In this document: piece by piece, positions 19,701 through 26,887 of the stretch
Layout of the letters: each line of letters begins with the position of its first letter
Numbering within the stretch: position 1 is the stretch's first letter
DNA from: a virus
Lineage: Duplodnaviria > Caudoviricetes
IMG/VR virus record: IMGVR_UViG_3300008108_000056
Location: 1-62,715 of that record
Length of the DNA stretch: 62,715 nt
Direction: 5' to 3' (one strand)
The notes under the pieces: model-generated
Database searches by the model: none
Told to the model about the DNA's origin: nothing
What the model saw: the letters and a program-made list of their open reading frames with translations, nothing else
Made by a program: the position numbers and the translations under genes

Positions 19701-19860
19701 GAGTAGTTCTAAGACGCAAAAACCACCAACTGCACCACCAACGGTAGTAAATCCATCTGGAAATGGTGCAAAACCAACTGCAGATATCAATCCTTTCTTA
19801 AGATCTAAGTTTGGACTAATTGCACAAACTGCATTCGACCCATCATTAACTCTATTCTAA
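16792..19860 (+). CDS. large virion protein, tape-measure-like paralog
   Basis: Same architecture as the preceding gene; ARGGWISGPMSGYP...HGTEWV motif of tape-measure-type C-terminal regions. Confidence 0.7.
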   Translation: MAEPIQRPPKPKLYKFVTVPRVAATGGATIRVGGSTIAGGAGNSGASVIKAMNSLGATINSIAIITESIAKQTSRTIATEIRQQSELVRRQEKLRKEKIKRDREKEDTKRKKAQRDKDADAEKKSEGLGKFFKTFTKMTTAAAGSFFAGIAQLFEAIFRGLVVYSVLDWLSKPGNIGKLQVLIKGFIGIFRVFKRLIDFGVSSMLEGLVKIIDNPISFKGLFGLVQFMVGSAVLFKALSWIKNPAKLAEDLFSVMKFLAKGIINLKKGVGIYGKIKKFAGTRAGKFAIAGGVGVGAGVGSALLGGTVEEAVGTGIGAGAGAIAGEALGTKLGGGVGGEVGRAAGTLVGGLLGGQVGKALKPVTDAIGRFFKLVGDILKPAIDFVANIGKEFFSAVGDLIQAVVSFIEPHKETLGAIAKVSLVVAFGPLIALMKAITWVIRLFVPKGKDTENGSAAAPKRSFGGKVVVPQMAVGGPLVGPTTDFVDPITSRLKQALQDAMLLPFRAVGTGLVSAFGLIGSIFGAFLPGPMQAFLGGVLAPIASVFGVPNSVFRRITGIAMKGVSGVAGAVAEGAGGLLEKLMGGDNETSVTGILKKILGAMVKLHEQNNGTPPGKAIGGVVPQAARGGWISGPMSGYPVSLDGGRSTAFIGHGTEWVGFKNRAAGGGAGSAFVVPFHTPATVRTPSLTSMRMNQARAGGYAMPRSVGGIVPKKVNLPLFAEGGKFDPYEYDKGMKSSYHITNPGNSGKTFVVGYTVNDAEVTIKQVNKLVEKGNLVSPDKLTGVKPGSDEWKTVMGSAETVKYFKNHAVPAIKASKLKIKVDPKADIYYGYKQAYNTTYDKWKSQGADEQTARNYANAAAREFAIAKNGASRLPGTKGGLDAKLADVQVAGSTAAETTSPAASTTATETDIGSQLAKAFSDYRSAFGMNETSGDSIDKQSGKTKDAQEEATKARLQEESSKISAAASQLATSSSKTQKPPTAPPTVVNPSGNGAKPTADINPFLRSKFGLIAQTAFDPSLTLF

Positions 19861-19861
19861 A

Positions 19862-21307
19862 ATGTTACAGTCACAAGGTTATAGTTTATCTGACATCGAT
19901 TGTACTCTAAGTGATGAGAAAACCATCATCAATATTAAGGGTATAGTTTCGGAATTTAGTATTTTTGAAAGTGTAGATTCTCCTGCAGTTAGGGCAGAAT
20001 TTCTAATCACTGACGTAAATGATTTTGTAAGTGCTTTAAGAGGATACGAACAAATCACCCTAAAGTTAAAGACAGACTCTGCTGACGAAACATATGAGTT
20101 GAAACATAGGATTTATAAAATTGGATCTAACATCAAAACGGAAAGAACTCAACAGTACATTATTCATACTGTAAGTGAAGCAGCAATTATAAATGAAAAG
20201 GTAAAAGTATTCAAAACATTTAAAGGACCAGTTAAGAATACAGTACAGAAAGTTTTAAAAGAAAATTTAGGTATAAGTAAAAAGATTGTAGTAGAAGATA
20301 CCCTAGGAACTTTTCCATTCATTTCTCCAAGTTGGAGACCATATGATCTTATTTCTTATTTAACAGATAAGACTATCCGTGGAGCATCAAAGTCATCCAA
20401 TATCAATCAACAACAGAGTGCATTTTTATTCTTTGAGAATAGAGATGCTGTGTATTTTTATAGCATTGATGGACTTATTGAAAAGGCAGCACGTGGAGTA
20501 TCTAAATATGCATCTAAAAGTGGTACTACATCTCCTGTAAAGGTCTTTACATATAAGCAGAAGAATGTAGGTATTACAGAAAATGGGTACTATAGTATTG
20601 AGAATATTACATATCCAGACAAGTATGACATTATAACACAACTGAGATCGGGTACTCTAGGAACATCTTTACTTGGTGTTGATCCGCAATCAATTAACGA
20701 ATCATATTTACCAAAATCATCAAAAACTTCAGACACAGATACTGCAAATCCAAAAGGTCCAGGTGGAGGTAATTATCAAGTTGTGGACATGACTGCTGCT
20801 ACATCTTGGCAATCTAGATTTTCACATCTACCAAATTCAGAGAATCCTTTTACAAAAATTGGAGGTAGTTATGGACATGGTGAAAGAAAGAGATTGAAGT
20901 TTTTCAATTCATATGGTTGGGACTCTTCATCTGGTGGAGATATTACAGGAACTTTACAAGCATCTAACACTGCACCAAAGGGATCTCCACTAGCAACAGG
21001 AACTACCAACAAAGGTGGTAGTGGAAATGTAACTCAGCAAATTGCAGTTGCTGCACTCTACTCATTAATGCGTTATCAAGCACTGAATTATATCAAACTA
21101 AATATAGTTGTACCTGGTAACACAGGTGTGGCTGCTGGTGATGTAATTGAAGTGGTGATCCCTAGTTCTAGAGAAACCGCAAAGAATCTACCAAAAGAAT
21201 CTACTTATAGTGGAACATATATGGTTTTAGGAGTAGTGCATATTTGGAGACCAGAAGGAGTATCTACTCATTTACAAATCGGAAGAGATAGTATTTCTAA
21301 GAAGTAA
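19862..21307 (+). CDS. baseplate hub protein (gp27-like)
   Basis: FSIFESVDSP, PSWRPYD, FLFFEN, IVVPGN...AGDVIEV.IP, YSGTYMV..V.H. Confidence 0.7.
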   Translation: MLQSQGYSLSDIDCTLSDEKTIINIKGIVSEFSIFESVDSPAVRAEFLITDVNDFVSALRGYEQITLKLKTDSADETYELKHRIYKIGSNIKTERTQQYIIHTVSEAAIINEKVKVFKTFKGPVKNTVQKVLKENLGISKKIVVEDTLGTFPFISPSWRPYDLISYLTDKTIRGASKSSNINQQQSAFLFFENRDAVYFYSIDGLIEKAARGVSKYASKSGTTSPVKVFTYKQKNVGITENGYYSIENITYPDKYDIITQLRSGTLGTSLLGVDPQSINESYLPKSSKTSDTDTANPKGPGGGNYQVVDMTAATSWQSRFSHLPNSENPFTKIGGSYGHGERKRLKFFNSYGWDSSSGGDITGTLQASNTAPKGSPLATGTTNKGGSGNVTQQIAVAALYSLMRYQALNYIKLNIVVPGNTGVAAGDVIEVVIPSSRETAKNLPKESTYSGTYMVLGVVHIWRPEGVSTHLQIGRDSISKK

Positions 21308-21312
21308 ACAAA

Positions 21313-21525
21313 ATGGAAAACATTCAACAACATATTCAAAGAGATAGGCAGATCTTAGATGATCCTCAGACATCTCCACAAGCACGTAGGCATACTGAAC
21401 AGGAACTTCAGTCACTTGAAAGATATGCAGAGAGGCATCCAAACTCTGATCATAACCCAACTGCATTAGAACTTTATTGTGATGAGAATCCTGATGCTGC
21501 AGAATGCAGAAAATATGACGTGTAG
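21313..21525 (+). CDS. cp12: CP12 Calvin-cycle inhibitor (phage type, lacking the N-terminal Cys pair)
   Basis: C-terminal LELYCDENPDAAECRKYD signature. Confidence 0.92.
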   Translation: MENIQQHIQRDRQILDDPQTSPQARRHTEQELQSLERYAERHPNSDHNPTALELYCDENPDAAECRKYDV

Positions 21526-21554
21526 TTGACAGGCATATATAATACCAGTATAAT
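21526..21554 (+). promoter_or_regulatory. consensus sigma70 promoter
   Basis: TTGACA-17 bp-TATAAT. Confidence 0.85.
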
Positions 21555-21584
21555 GAACCATGTGAGAGGTTCAGAGATTACCTC

Positions 21585-21613
21585 TTGACAATTTAAAGAG
21601 TACTTGCTACAAT
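21585..21613 (+). promoter_or_regulatory. sigma70 promoter for tRNA-Val/rlpA
   Basis: TTGACA-17 bp-TACAAT with extended TG. Confidence 0.8.
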
Positions 21614-21623
21614 ATCAAGTATT

Positions 21624-21695
21624 GGGAGATTAACTCAGCGGTAGAGTGGCTGCCTTACAAGCAGTAAGTCGTTGGTTCGAGTCCGACATTTCCCA
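21624..21695 (+). tRNA. tRNA-Val(UAC)
   Basis: Acceptor GGGAGAT/ATTTCCC, anticodon arm GCTGC-CT TAC AA-GCAGT, GGTTCGAGTCC T-arm. Confidence 0.93.
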
Positions 21696-21698
21696 CTT

Positions 21699-21806
21699 GA
21701 TAGTAGCAATTTTTATTATGAGAAAGTGTCTACTATCGTTGTGCCCAGGAGATTCCCCTCTGAGAAGAGGGATGTGCGGTTTCTCTATTGGGATGTAGAG
21801 TTCAAT
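21699..21806 (+). ncRNA. candidate structured RNA leader upstream of rlpA
   Basis: GATAGTAG/CTACTATC stem, then a CCCA/TGGG-closed domain with a CCCCTCT-GAGA-AGAGGGG GNRA hairpin. Confidence 0.5.
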
Positions 21807-21814
21807 CAAATTTA

Positions 21815-22174
21815 ATGCTAAAACTTTTTTCAATTCTTGCCATTGCCACTGTAGGATTGGCACCCCTTCAAGCAAAGGCTGCGAGTGGTTGTACCCTCGC
21901 ATCACATTATGGAGTCGGTGATGGTTATCATGGCCAAACCACCGCAAATGGTGAAAGGTATAACGCATATGGTAAATCTGTGGCACACAGATGGTTTCCT
22001 TTTGGAACTAGATTGCGAGTGACCAATCAACAAAATGGTAAATCGGTAATAGTGCGAGTGAATGATCGTGGACCTTATGTGGGTGATAGAGATCTTGATC
22101 TGTCGTATGGTGCATTCTCCACAATAGCCCATCCAGGGCAAGGTGTAGCTAGAGTCTGTTACAGTAGGGTCTAA
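21815..22174 (+). CDS. rlpA: RlpA-like (DPBB) lytic transglycosylase, secreted
   Basis: Signal peptide; ASHYG, TANGERYN, AHR..PFGT.LRVTN, VRVNDRGPY, DLDLS. Confidence 0.92.
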   Translation: MLKLFSILAIATVGLAPLQAKAASGCTLASHYGVGDGYHGQTTANGERYNAYGKSVAHRWFPFGTRLRVTNQQNGKSVIVRVNDRGPYVGDRDLDLSYGAFSTIAHPGQGVARVCYSRV

Positions 22175-22180
22175 TATTTT

Positions 22181-22203
22181 GGGAGGGTGACCTCCCTTTT
22201 TTT
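22181..22203 (+). terminator. intrinsic terminator
   Basis: GGGAGG-GTGA-CCTCCC followed by T7. Confidence 0.85.
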
Positions 22204-22204
22204 G

Positions 22205-22212
22205 TATAAATA
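22205..22212 (+). promoter_or_regulatory. T4 late promoter
   Basis: Perfect TATAAATA 30 nt before gp5. Confidence 0.8.
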
Positions 22213-22241
22213 TTCTTGAAAAGAACGAGTGTAATATTGTA

Positions 22242-24713
22242 ATGGCAATTATTAATACACCAGGGAAACTTGACTTTGCTGGAAGAGATGGATTTACATG
22301 GTGGATCGGTGAAGTAGAGAAAATTGACCTAGAAAAGCACAGATGTAAAGTCAGAGTCCTTGGGTGGTATACTGGAAATCGTGCTAGAAAAACTGCAGAT
22401 GCAAAAGAAGGAGAATCTGGAGATAAGTTTGAGCAGTCATACTTACAAGATGTTCCTACAGAAGATCTGCCATGGGCATATGTTCTCCTACCTAATGACC
22501 AGGAAGGAATTAAAGATGCTGGAACTGCAGTAAGACTTCAGGTAGGTGCTGTTGTTTTAGGTTTCTTTGCAGATGGTGATGAAGCACAGGTTCCTATTGT
22601 CATGGGTAACCTTAAAGGATATAAACTAAATCCTAATACTGCAATTGCAGATCCTAAAGAACAAATTGAACACCAGGCACAAACACAGGGTCAATCAATT
22701 AGTAATCCTGGGAATACCTCTGATGTTACTGGTAATGATCAAACAATTGCTGATCAGTCATCTGCAGCACCTGGAGCAGGAGCAGGTGCTCAAGAAGCAC
22801 GTGGAGTGCCATCTGTATTAACACCAGCACTAGCAGGTTCTCCTGGTGGAGCAATTACAAATCCACCTGCTATTCCTAATGAACCAATTCCTACAGCAGA
22901 TGGAATTATGGGTCCTGCTGGAAAGGGTCTAGAACAAGATCTAAAGAGGATGCTAATTGAAATTGGACAGTCCTTTTCCTCTGTAGTAAAAAATGAGAAG
23001 GGAGAATTTGTCTCTGTTGTTACTGGTAAACTCGTAAAGTTAAATCACCTTCTCGATAATGTTAGGGCATTTATCAGTAGAGCAATTACTGGTATTATGT
23101 CTTGGCTGAAAGAAGTTCTAGCAAAAGTTATTCAAACTATTATTGATAGGATTGTAAGTATTATTTCCAATTTTATCCCACTTGGTGTTACTATTGCAAT
23201 TCTTGAACTGATCAAGTTTATTCTTGAGTTATTCTGTAACTTTGAAGCAGCATATATTTTGGGTTATATACGAGCCGCATTAGGGGATCTGAATGGATTC
23301 TTGACTAGTATAACAAATAATATATTAGATAAAGTTCTTGCCCCAGCATTTGCTTTTGCTGCAAAAGTAGAGCAGACTGTAAACACAATTATCTCTAGAA
23401 TTCAGCAAGGATTGAACCAAGCAATTGCGATTGGTCAAACGATCATTGCAGTTATCAATACTGTTAAGGGTGTGGCAAAAGTTACAGGTAAGTTTAGTGA
23501 GATTTTCAGAGTTGACTTTACAAAACTAGATTGGAAATCAATTATCAATATTATTAAACTACTTCTCGGTCTATTCATTAAAAAAGATTGTGGAAGAACT
23601 TCAAAGGAGGCAGTTCCAAAACAGTGGTTACCTCTACTTGGAACCACAGAGTGTGAAAATATTGCAGATGCTCTGAAGAGTGACTTTAATTTGCCGTTGA
23701 AATATGCAGATAAATCTAGAAATAAGAAAATTGATGTTGGTAAAACACTAAGTAATTTCTCAGCAAATTATTGGAATGGGATGGATCCTAATTTAATGAA
23801 GATCTCTTCTCACTTAAATGGTGCTTGGGAGTTACATGACTCCACAAAGGGAAAAGTTAAGAAGGTTGTTTCTGGTCCTGGAGCAGTCACTACGTTTGAG
23901 GATGAGAAGGGTAATGTTCATAAGAATGTACCAAGAAATGACACTCGTATTATTGGTAAGGACTCATGTGAACTTGTTAAGGGTCATAAAGTTCTCACTA
24001 TTGAGGGTGACTTAACTCTAAAAGTTATGGGTAACTTCAACTTAGAAGTTGGTGGAACGGTTAACAAGCATGTTTCTGCTGGTATGGATGTTGCCAAAGG
24101 TGATACAAAACAACCAAAACTCGTATCTACTGAAGCATCAGATAAGAACGTTTCTCAGCAAGGTGACATTACTTTACAAGCACCTAATATCAAATTTACT
24201 GCCATTTCAAATATTAATCTTAAGGCATCCAGCATTAAGAATGAGTGTGTCTCTATGACTAACTCCGTTGATGGTGAATGTCTAGATGAGTTTGGTATGC
24301 ATACAACGTTTGTTAATTCACTACAAACAACTATTATTGCATTATTGAATCCTCTAGCACCTATTACGGGTAGAGTAACTTATATGCAAGGTGCAGACAT
24401 GACTATCATTCAGGAAAAACTAATTGGTATTCCTGGTGTGCCTCCTGTTAAGTTTGATGTTACGATTGGTATCAAACAACCAACAGGATTCATTCGTCTT
24501 GCAACTGGTGCTACAAACGCATCGAGCTTAGATCTAATGCAAGGTGCAACTGCCGCAGCAGGAAGATTTGTTCAAGGTGGATCTGGTCTTATTTGTGATG
24601 CAAACAATTCTGGGGGTGGTGCTTCCATCTACCACAATGCTGTTGGTATTTTTGCTGCAGGATGCCTGGTCGGTCCTGCCCAGTTTTACGGTTTGCCAAT
24701 TTTCCTGAACTGA
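22242..24713 (+). CDS. gp5: baseplate central spike gp5-like (no T4 lysozyme domain recognised)
   Basis: FAGRDGFTWWIGEVE...RCKVRVLG...DLPWA...GFFADGDEAQVPIVMG OB-fold; C-terminal beta-helix repeats (VKG...IEGD...VMGN...VGG). Confidence 0.85.
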   Translation: MAIINTPGKLDFAGRDGFTWWIGEVEKIDLEKHRCKVRVLGWYTGNRARKTADAKEGESGDKFEQSYLQDVPTEDLPWAYVLLPNDQEGIKDAGTAVRLQVGAVVLGFFADGDEAQVPIVMGNLKGYKLNPNTAIADPKEQIEHQAQTQGQSISNPGNTSDVTGNDQTIADQSSAAPGAGAGAQEARGVPSVLTPALAGSPGGAITNPPAIPNEPIPTADGIMGPAGKGLEQDLKRMLIEIGQSFSSVVKNEKGEFVSVVTGKLVKLNHLLDNVRAFISRAITGIMSWLKEVLAKVIQTIIDRIVSIISNFIPLGVTIAILELIKFILELFCNFEAAYILGYIRAALGDLNGFLTSITNNILDKVLAPAFAFAAKVEQTVNTIISRIQQGLNQAIAIGQTIIAVINTVKGVAKVTGKFSEIFRVDFTKLDWKSIINIIKLLLGLFIKKDCGRTSKEAVPKQWLPLLGTTECENIADALKSDFNLPLKYADKSRNKKIDVGKTLSNFSANYWNGMDPNLMKISSHLNGAWELHDSTKGKVKKVVSGPGAVTTFEDEKGNVHKNVPRNDTRIIGKDSCELVKGHKVLTIEGDLTLKVMGNFNLEVGGTVNKHVSAGMDVAKGDTKQPKLVSTEASDKNVSQQGDITLQAPNIKFTAISNINLKASSIKNECVSMTNSVDGECLDEFGMHTTFVNSLQTTIIALLNPLAPITGRVTYMQGADMTIIQEKLIGIPGVPPVKFDVTIGIKQPTGFIRLATGATNASSLDLMQGATAAAGRFVQGGSGLICDANNSGGGASIYHNAVGIFAAGCLVGPAQFYGLPIFLN

Positions 24714-24717
24714 CCCC

Positions 24718-24747
24718 TTGACAGGGGGGTGCTCCCCCTGCTAGACT
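24718..24747 (+). promoter_or_regulatory. sigma70-type promoter with palindromic spacer
   Basis: TTGACA-18 bp-TAGACT; CAGGGGG...CCCCCTG inverted repeat in the spacer. Confidence 0.6.
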
Positions 24748-24770
24748 GTACACGTACCCAAGAGGACCAC

Positions 24771-24968
24771 ATGGAAGTTAATTCAAATTCCACCCTCCAT
24801 CACGTTGTAATTAATTTCCGTGAAAGAAAGATTGAACTGCACGGAGATGATGGAGAAATTAAAGTAGAGAATTGTTCATGGGATGAAAAAGGTTGCGAAC
24901 ACTTTGAAAACATGGTAAAATTCTGTCAAGACACACTTCCCCCTGAGATGAGGATTTACGAACTATGA
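24771..24968 (+). CDS. hypothetical protein
   Basis: ATG after GAGG RBS. Confidence 0.6.
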   Translation: MEVNSNSTLHHVVINFRERKIELHGDDGEIKVENCSWDEKGCEHFENMVKFCQDTLPPEMRIYEL

Positions 24969-25225
24969 TGATGACTGCTATTACTCCCGAAGAACTAGCA
25001 ACTAATCTTGAATTTATTTTGGATCTTGTTCAAAGAGGACATACATTCAAAGTAATTCAAGAAGGTCATAAGTCTGTACTGTTAACAAGTATTAATAATC
25101 CTGTTATTCCTGAGGTGGATCCAATTCCTTTAAATGCACCCCCTCCAGGAATGGACTTAGTTCCAGAGACTGAGATACGCAACTACGTTCACGAATCACT
25201 TGCAGAAATGCAACAAAAATTGTAG
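24965..25225 (+). CDS. Phd/YefM antitoxin-like small protein
   Basis: ITPEELATNLEFILDLVQRGHTFKVI resembles the Phd N-terminal DNA-binding fold. Confidence 0.45.
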   Translation: MMMTAITPEELATNLEFILDLVQRGHTFKVIQEGHKSVLLTSINNPVIPEVDPIPLNAPPPGMDLVPETEIRNYVHESLAEMQQKL

Positions 25226-25232
25226 AATGTAG

Positions 25233-25307
25233 GGGACTGTTGCTTATCGGTTAAAGCCCACACCTTATAAGTGTGTGAACCGAGTTCAACTCTCGGCAGT
25301 CCTACCA
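25233..25307 (+). tRNA. tRNA-Ile(UAU)
   Basis: Acceptor GGGACTG/CAGTCCT, anticodon arm CACAC-CT TAT AA-GTGTG, T-arm CCGAG-TTCAACT-CTCGG, encoded CCA. Confidence 0.88.
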
Positions 25308-25312
25308 AATAT

Positions 25313-25395
25313 GGGACGGTGGTGGAAGTGGTAGACACACCAGACTTAAAATCTGTCGGGCATTGCCCATGGGGGTTCAAGTCCCCCTCGTCCTA
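25313..25395 (+). tRNA. tRNA-Leu(UAA)
   Basis: Anticodon loop CT TAA AA, long variable arm GGGC-ATT-GCCC, GGTTCAAGTCC T-arm. Confidence 0.92.
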
Positions 25396-25418
25396 TTACA
25401 CATATATAATGTGTAAAT

Positions 25419-25492
25419 GCCTCCGTAGCTCAGCTGGATAGAGCAACGGTTTTGTAAACCGTAGGTCGTCGGTTCAAGTCCGACCGTGGGCT
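25419..25492 (+). tRNA. tRNA-Thr(UGU)
   Basis: Anticodon arm ACGGT-TT TGT AA-ACCGT, GGTTCAAGTCC T-arm; one acceptor-stem mismatch. Confidence 0.92.
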
Positions 25493-25512
25493 TTTTACTG
25501 TTCTACAACTTG

Positions 25513-25520
25513 TATAAATA
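25513..25520 (+). promoter_or_regulatory. T4 late promoter
   Basis: TATAAATA upstream of the structural operon. Confidence 0.8.
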
Positions 25521-25548
25521 AAACTGTATGAACAGAAGGTAATAGTAC

Positions 25549-26880
25549 GTGGCAGTTAAAAGAATTTCACAACTTGCTACTATCTCTGATGGAGGATTGA
25601 CAGGAGAAGCAATTCTTCCTGTGGTTGTCTCTGACCCACTTTTACCAAATAGAAAAGCAAAAGTTAGTCAATTATTCCGTGGAATTTCTGGAGGAACTAA
25701 AAGTGCTCCAGGTCTAGCTTTTGACCTTGATCGTGACACTGGTTTATATCAACTTCAATATAATGAACTAGGTCTATCATTTGGTTTATCGTCTCTCTAT
25801 CATAGAAGTATTTCAAATAGTGATGGATCTAGAACAATTACAGTTGCTGCTGGAAACACAGAAGCAACAAATGTAAATATTCAGTACCAACCACAAGGTG
25901 CTGGATTTTTTACTGTAAATGGTGTTACTAGACTCACAGATGCTAACTTCTTTCTAGTTGATGATACTGATCAGAACAAGAGAGCACAATTCCAGGTTTC
26001 TAATATTTCAACTGGTGGTGGTATTAAAACTTTTATTCTTCCTTCAGTTGGATCTCAGACTGGAACTACTTTAGTTGGTACTGATACATCACAAACTTTA
26101 ACCAATAAATCAATGGTTATTGTTGATAGTAACTTACAAATTATTGGTTCTGGTGCTGCAACAAAAATTGCTAGATTTGAAGTTGATAGTTGGGATGCAG
26201 TTGGCACGAAAACTTATAAACTTCCAGACTTGGGAATTAGTGTAATTGAATCTGTTCTTGTTGATGATAGAAGTGTACAGTATATTTCAAATAAGTTTTT
26301 GGTTAATCCATTAATCAGTGATACACCTTCTATCGATCCATTAAATCCAACACCATACGTAAGTTTAGATCCTTCTGAATTAACTGCAAACAGAGTTGCA
26401 GTTTTCCCTGATCAGAATATTACATTTGTTGGTGAAGATTCTAACCAAGTTTTAACTAACAAAATTTATAGAGGAGCAGTTTTTGCTGATAGCACTACTT
26501 TAAGTAAAAGAGTATCGTTTGATCTTTCAAATTATTTACCTTTACAAAATGCTATTGCTGGTTTTCCTTCATCAAACCTAAATACTCAAACAACAGAAGT
26601 TAATTATTTTGTTTGGGAAAGAGCTACTCAAAATTTATATAATAAAACAGCAGTTGGATTGACAATTGCTAATCCTTCATCACCTGCATCTAGACAGGTT
26701 GTTATTGATACGAGTAATTTAACTGCAATTAGAACTATTCAATTCCCAGATGCGGACGCAACATTACTCTCTACCAATAACGCAGGATCTCTACAGGGAA
26801 TTTCATTCGGTGGAGCTCTAGGTGCGGACTCATTTGGAGGTAGATTAAGATTACAAACTTATTTTCAGGCAGGATGGTAA
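25549..26880 (+). CDS. virion structural / tail-associated protein
   Basis: KRISQL N-terminus, APGLAFD.D.DTGLY, repeated (Q)TLTNK fibre-like units. Confidence 0.75.
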   Translation: MAVKRISQLATISDGGLTGEAILPVVVSDPLLPNRKAKVSQLFRGISGGTKSAPGLAFDLDRDTGLYQLQYNELGLSFGLSSLYHRSISNSDGSRTITVAAGNTEATNVNIQYQPQGAGFFTVNGVTRLTDANFFLVDDTDQNKRAQFQVSNISTGGGIKTFILPSVGSQTGTTLVGTDTSQTLTNKSMVIVDSNLQIIGSGAATKIARFEVDSWDAVGTKTYKLPDLGISVIESVLVDDRSVQYISNKFLVNPLISDTPSIDPLNPTPYVSLDPSELTANRVAVFPDQNITFVGEDSNQVLTNKIYRGAVFADSTTLSKRVSFDLSNYLPLQNAIAGFPSSNLNTQTTEVNYFVWERATQNLYNKTAVGLTIANPSSPASRQVVIDTSNLTAIRTIQFPDADATLLSTNNAGSLQGISFGGALGADSFGGRLRLQTYFQAGW

Positions 26881-26887
26881 TTAAAAA

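Noticed and set aside
21743-21806. Identification of the rlpA leader as the c-di-AMP (ydaO) riboswitch
   Set aside because: The gene context would fit, but the conserved ydaO sequence blocks and length are not recognisable; kept only as an unassigned structured RNA
21630-21986. ORFs overlapping tRNAs (21630-21986 and 25189-25380, minus strand)
   Set aside because: Antisense to clear tRNA cloverleaves and rlpA; spurious
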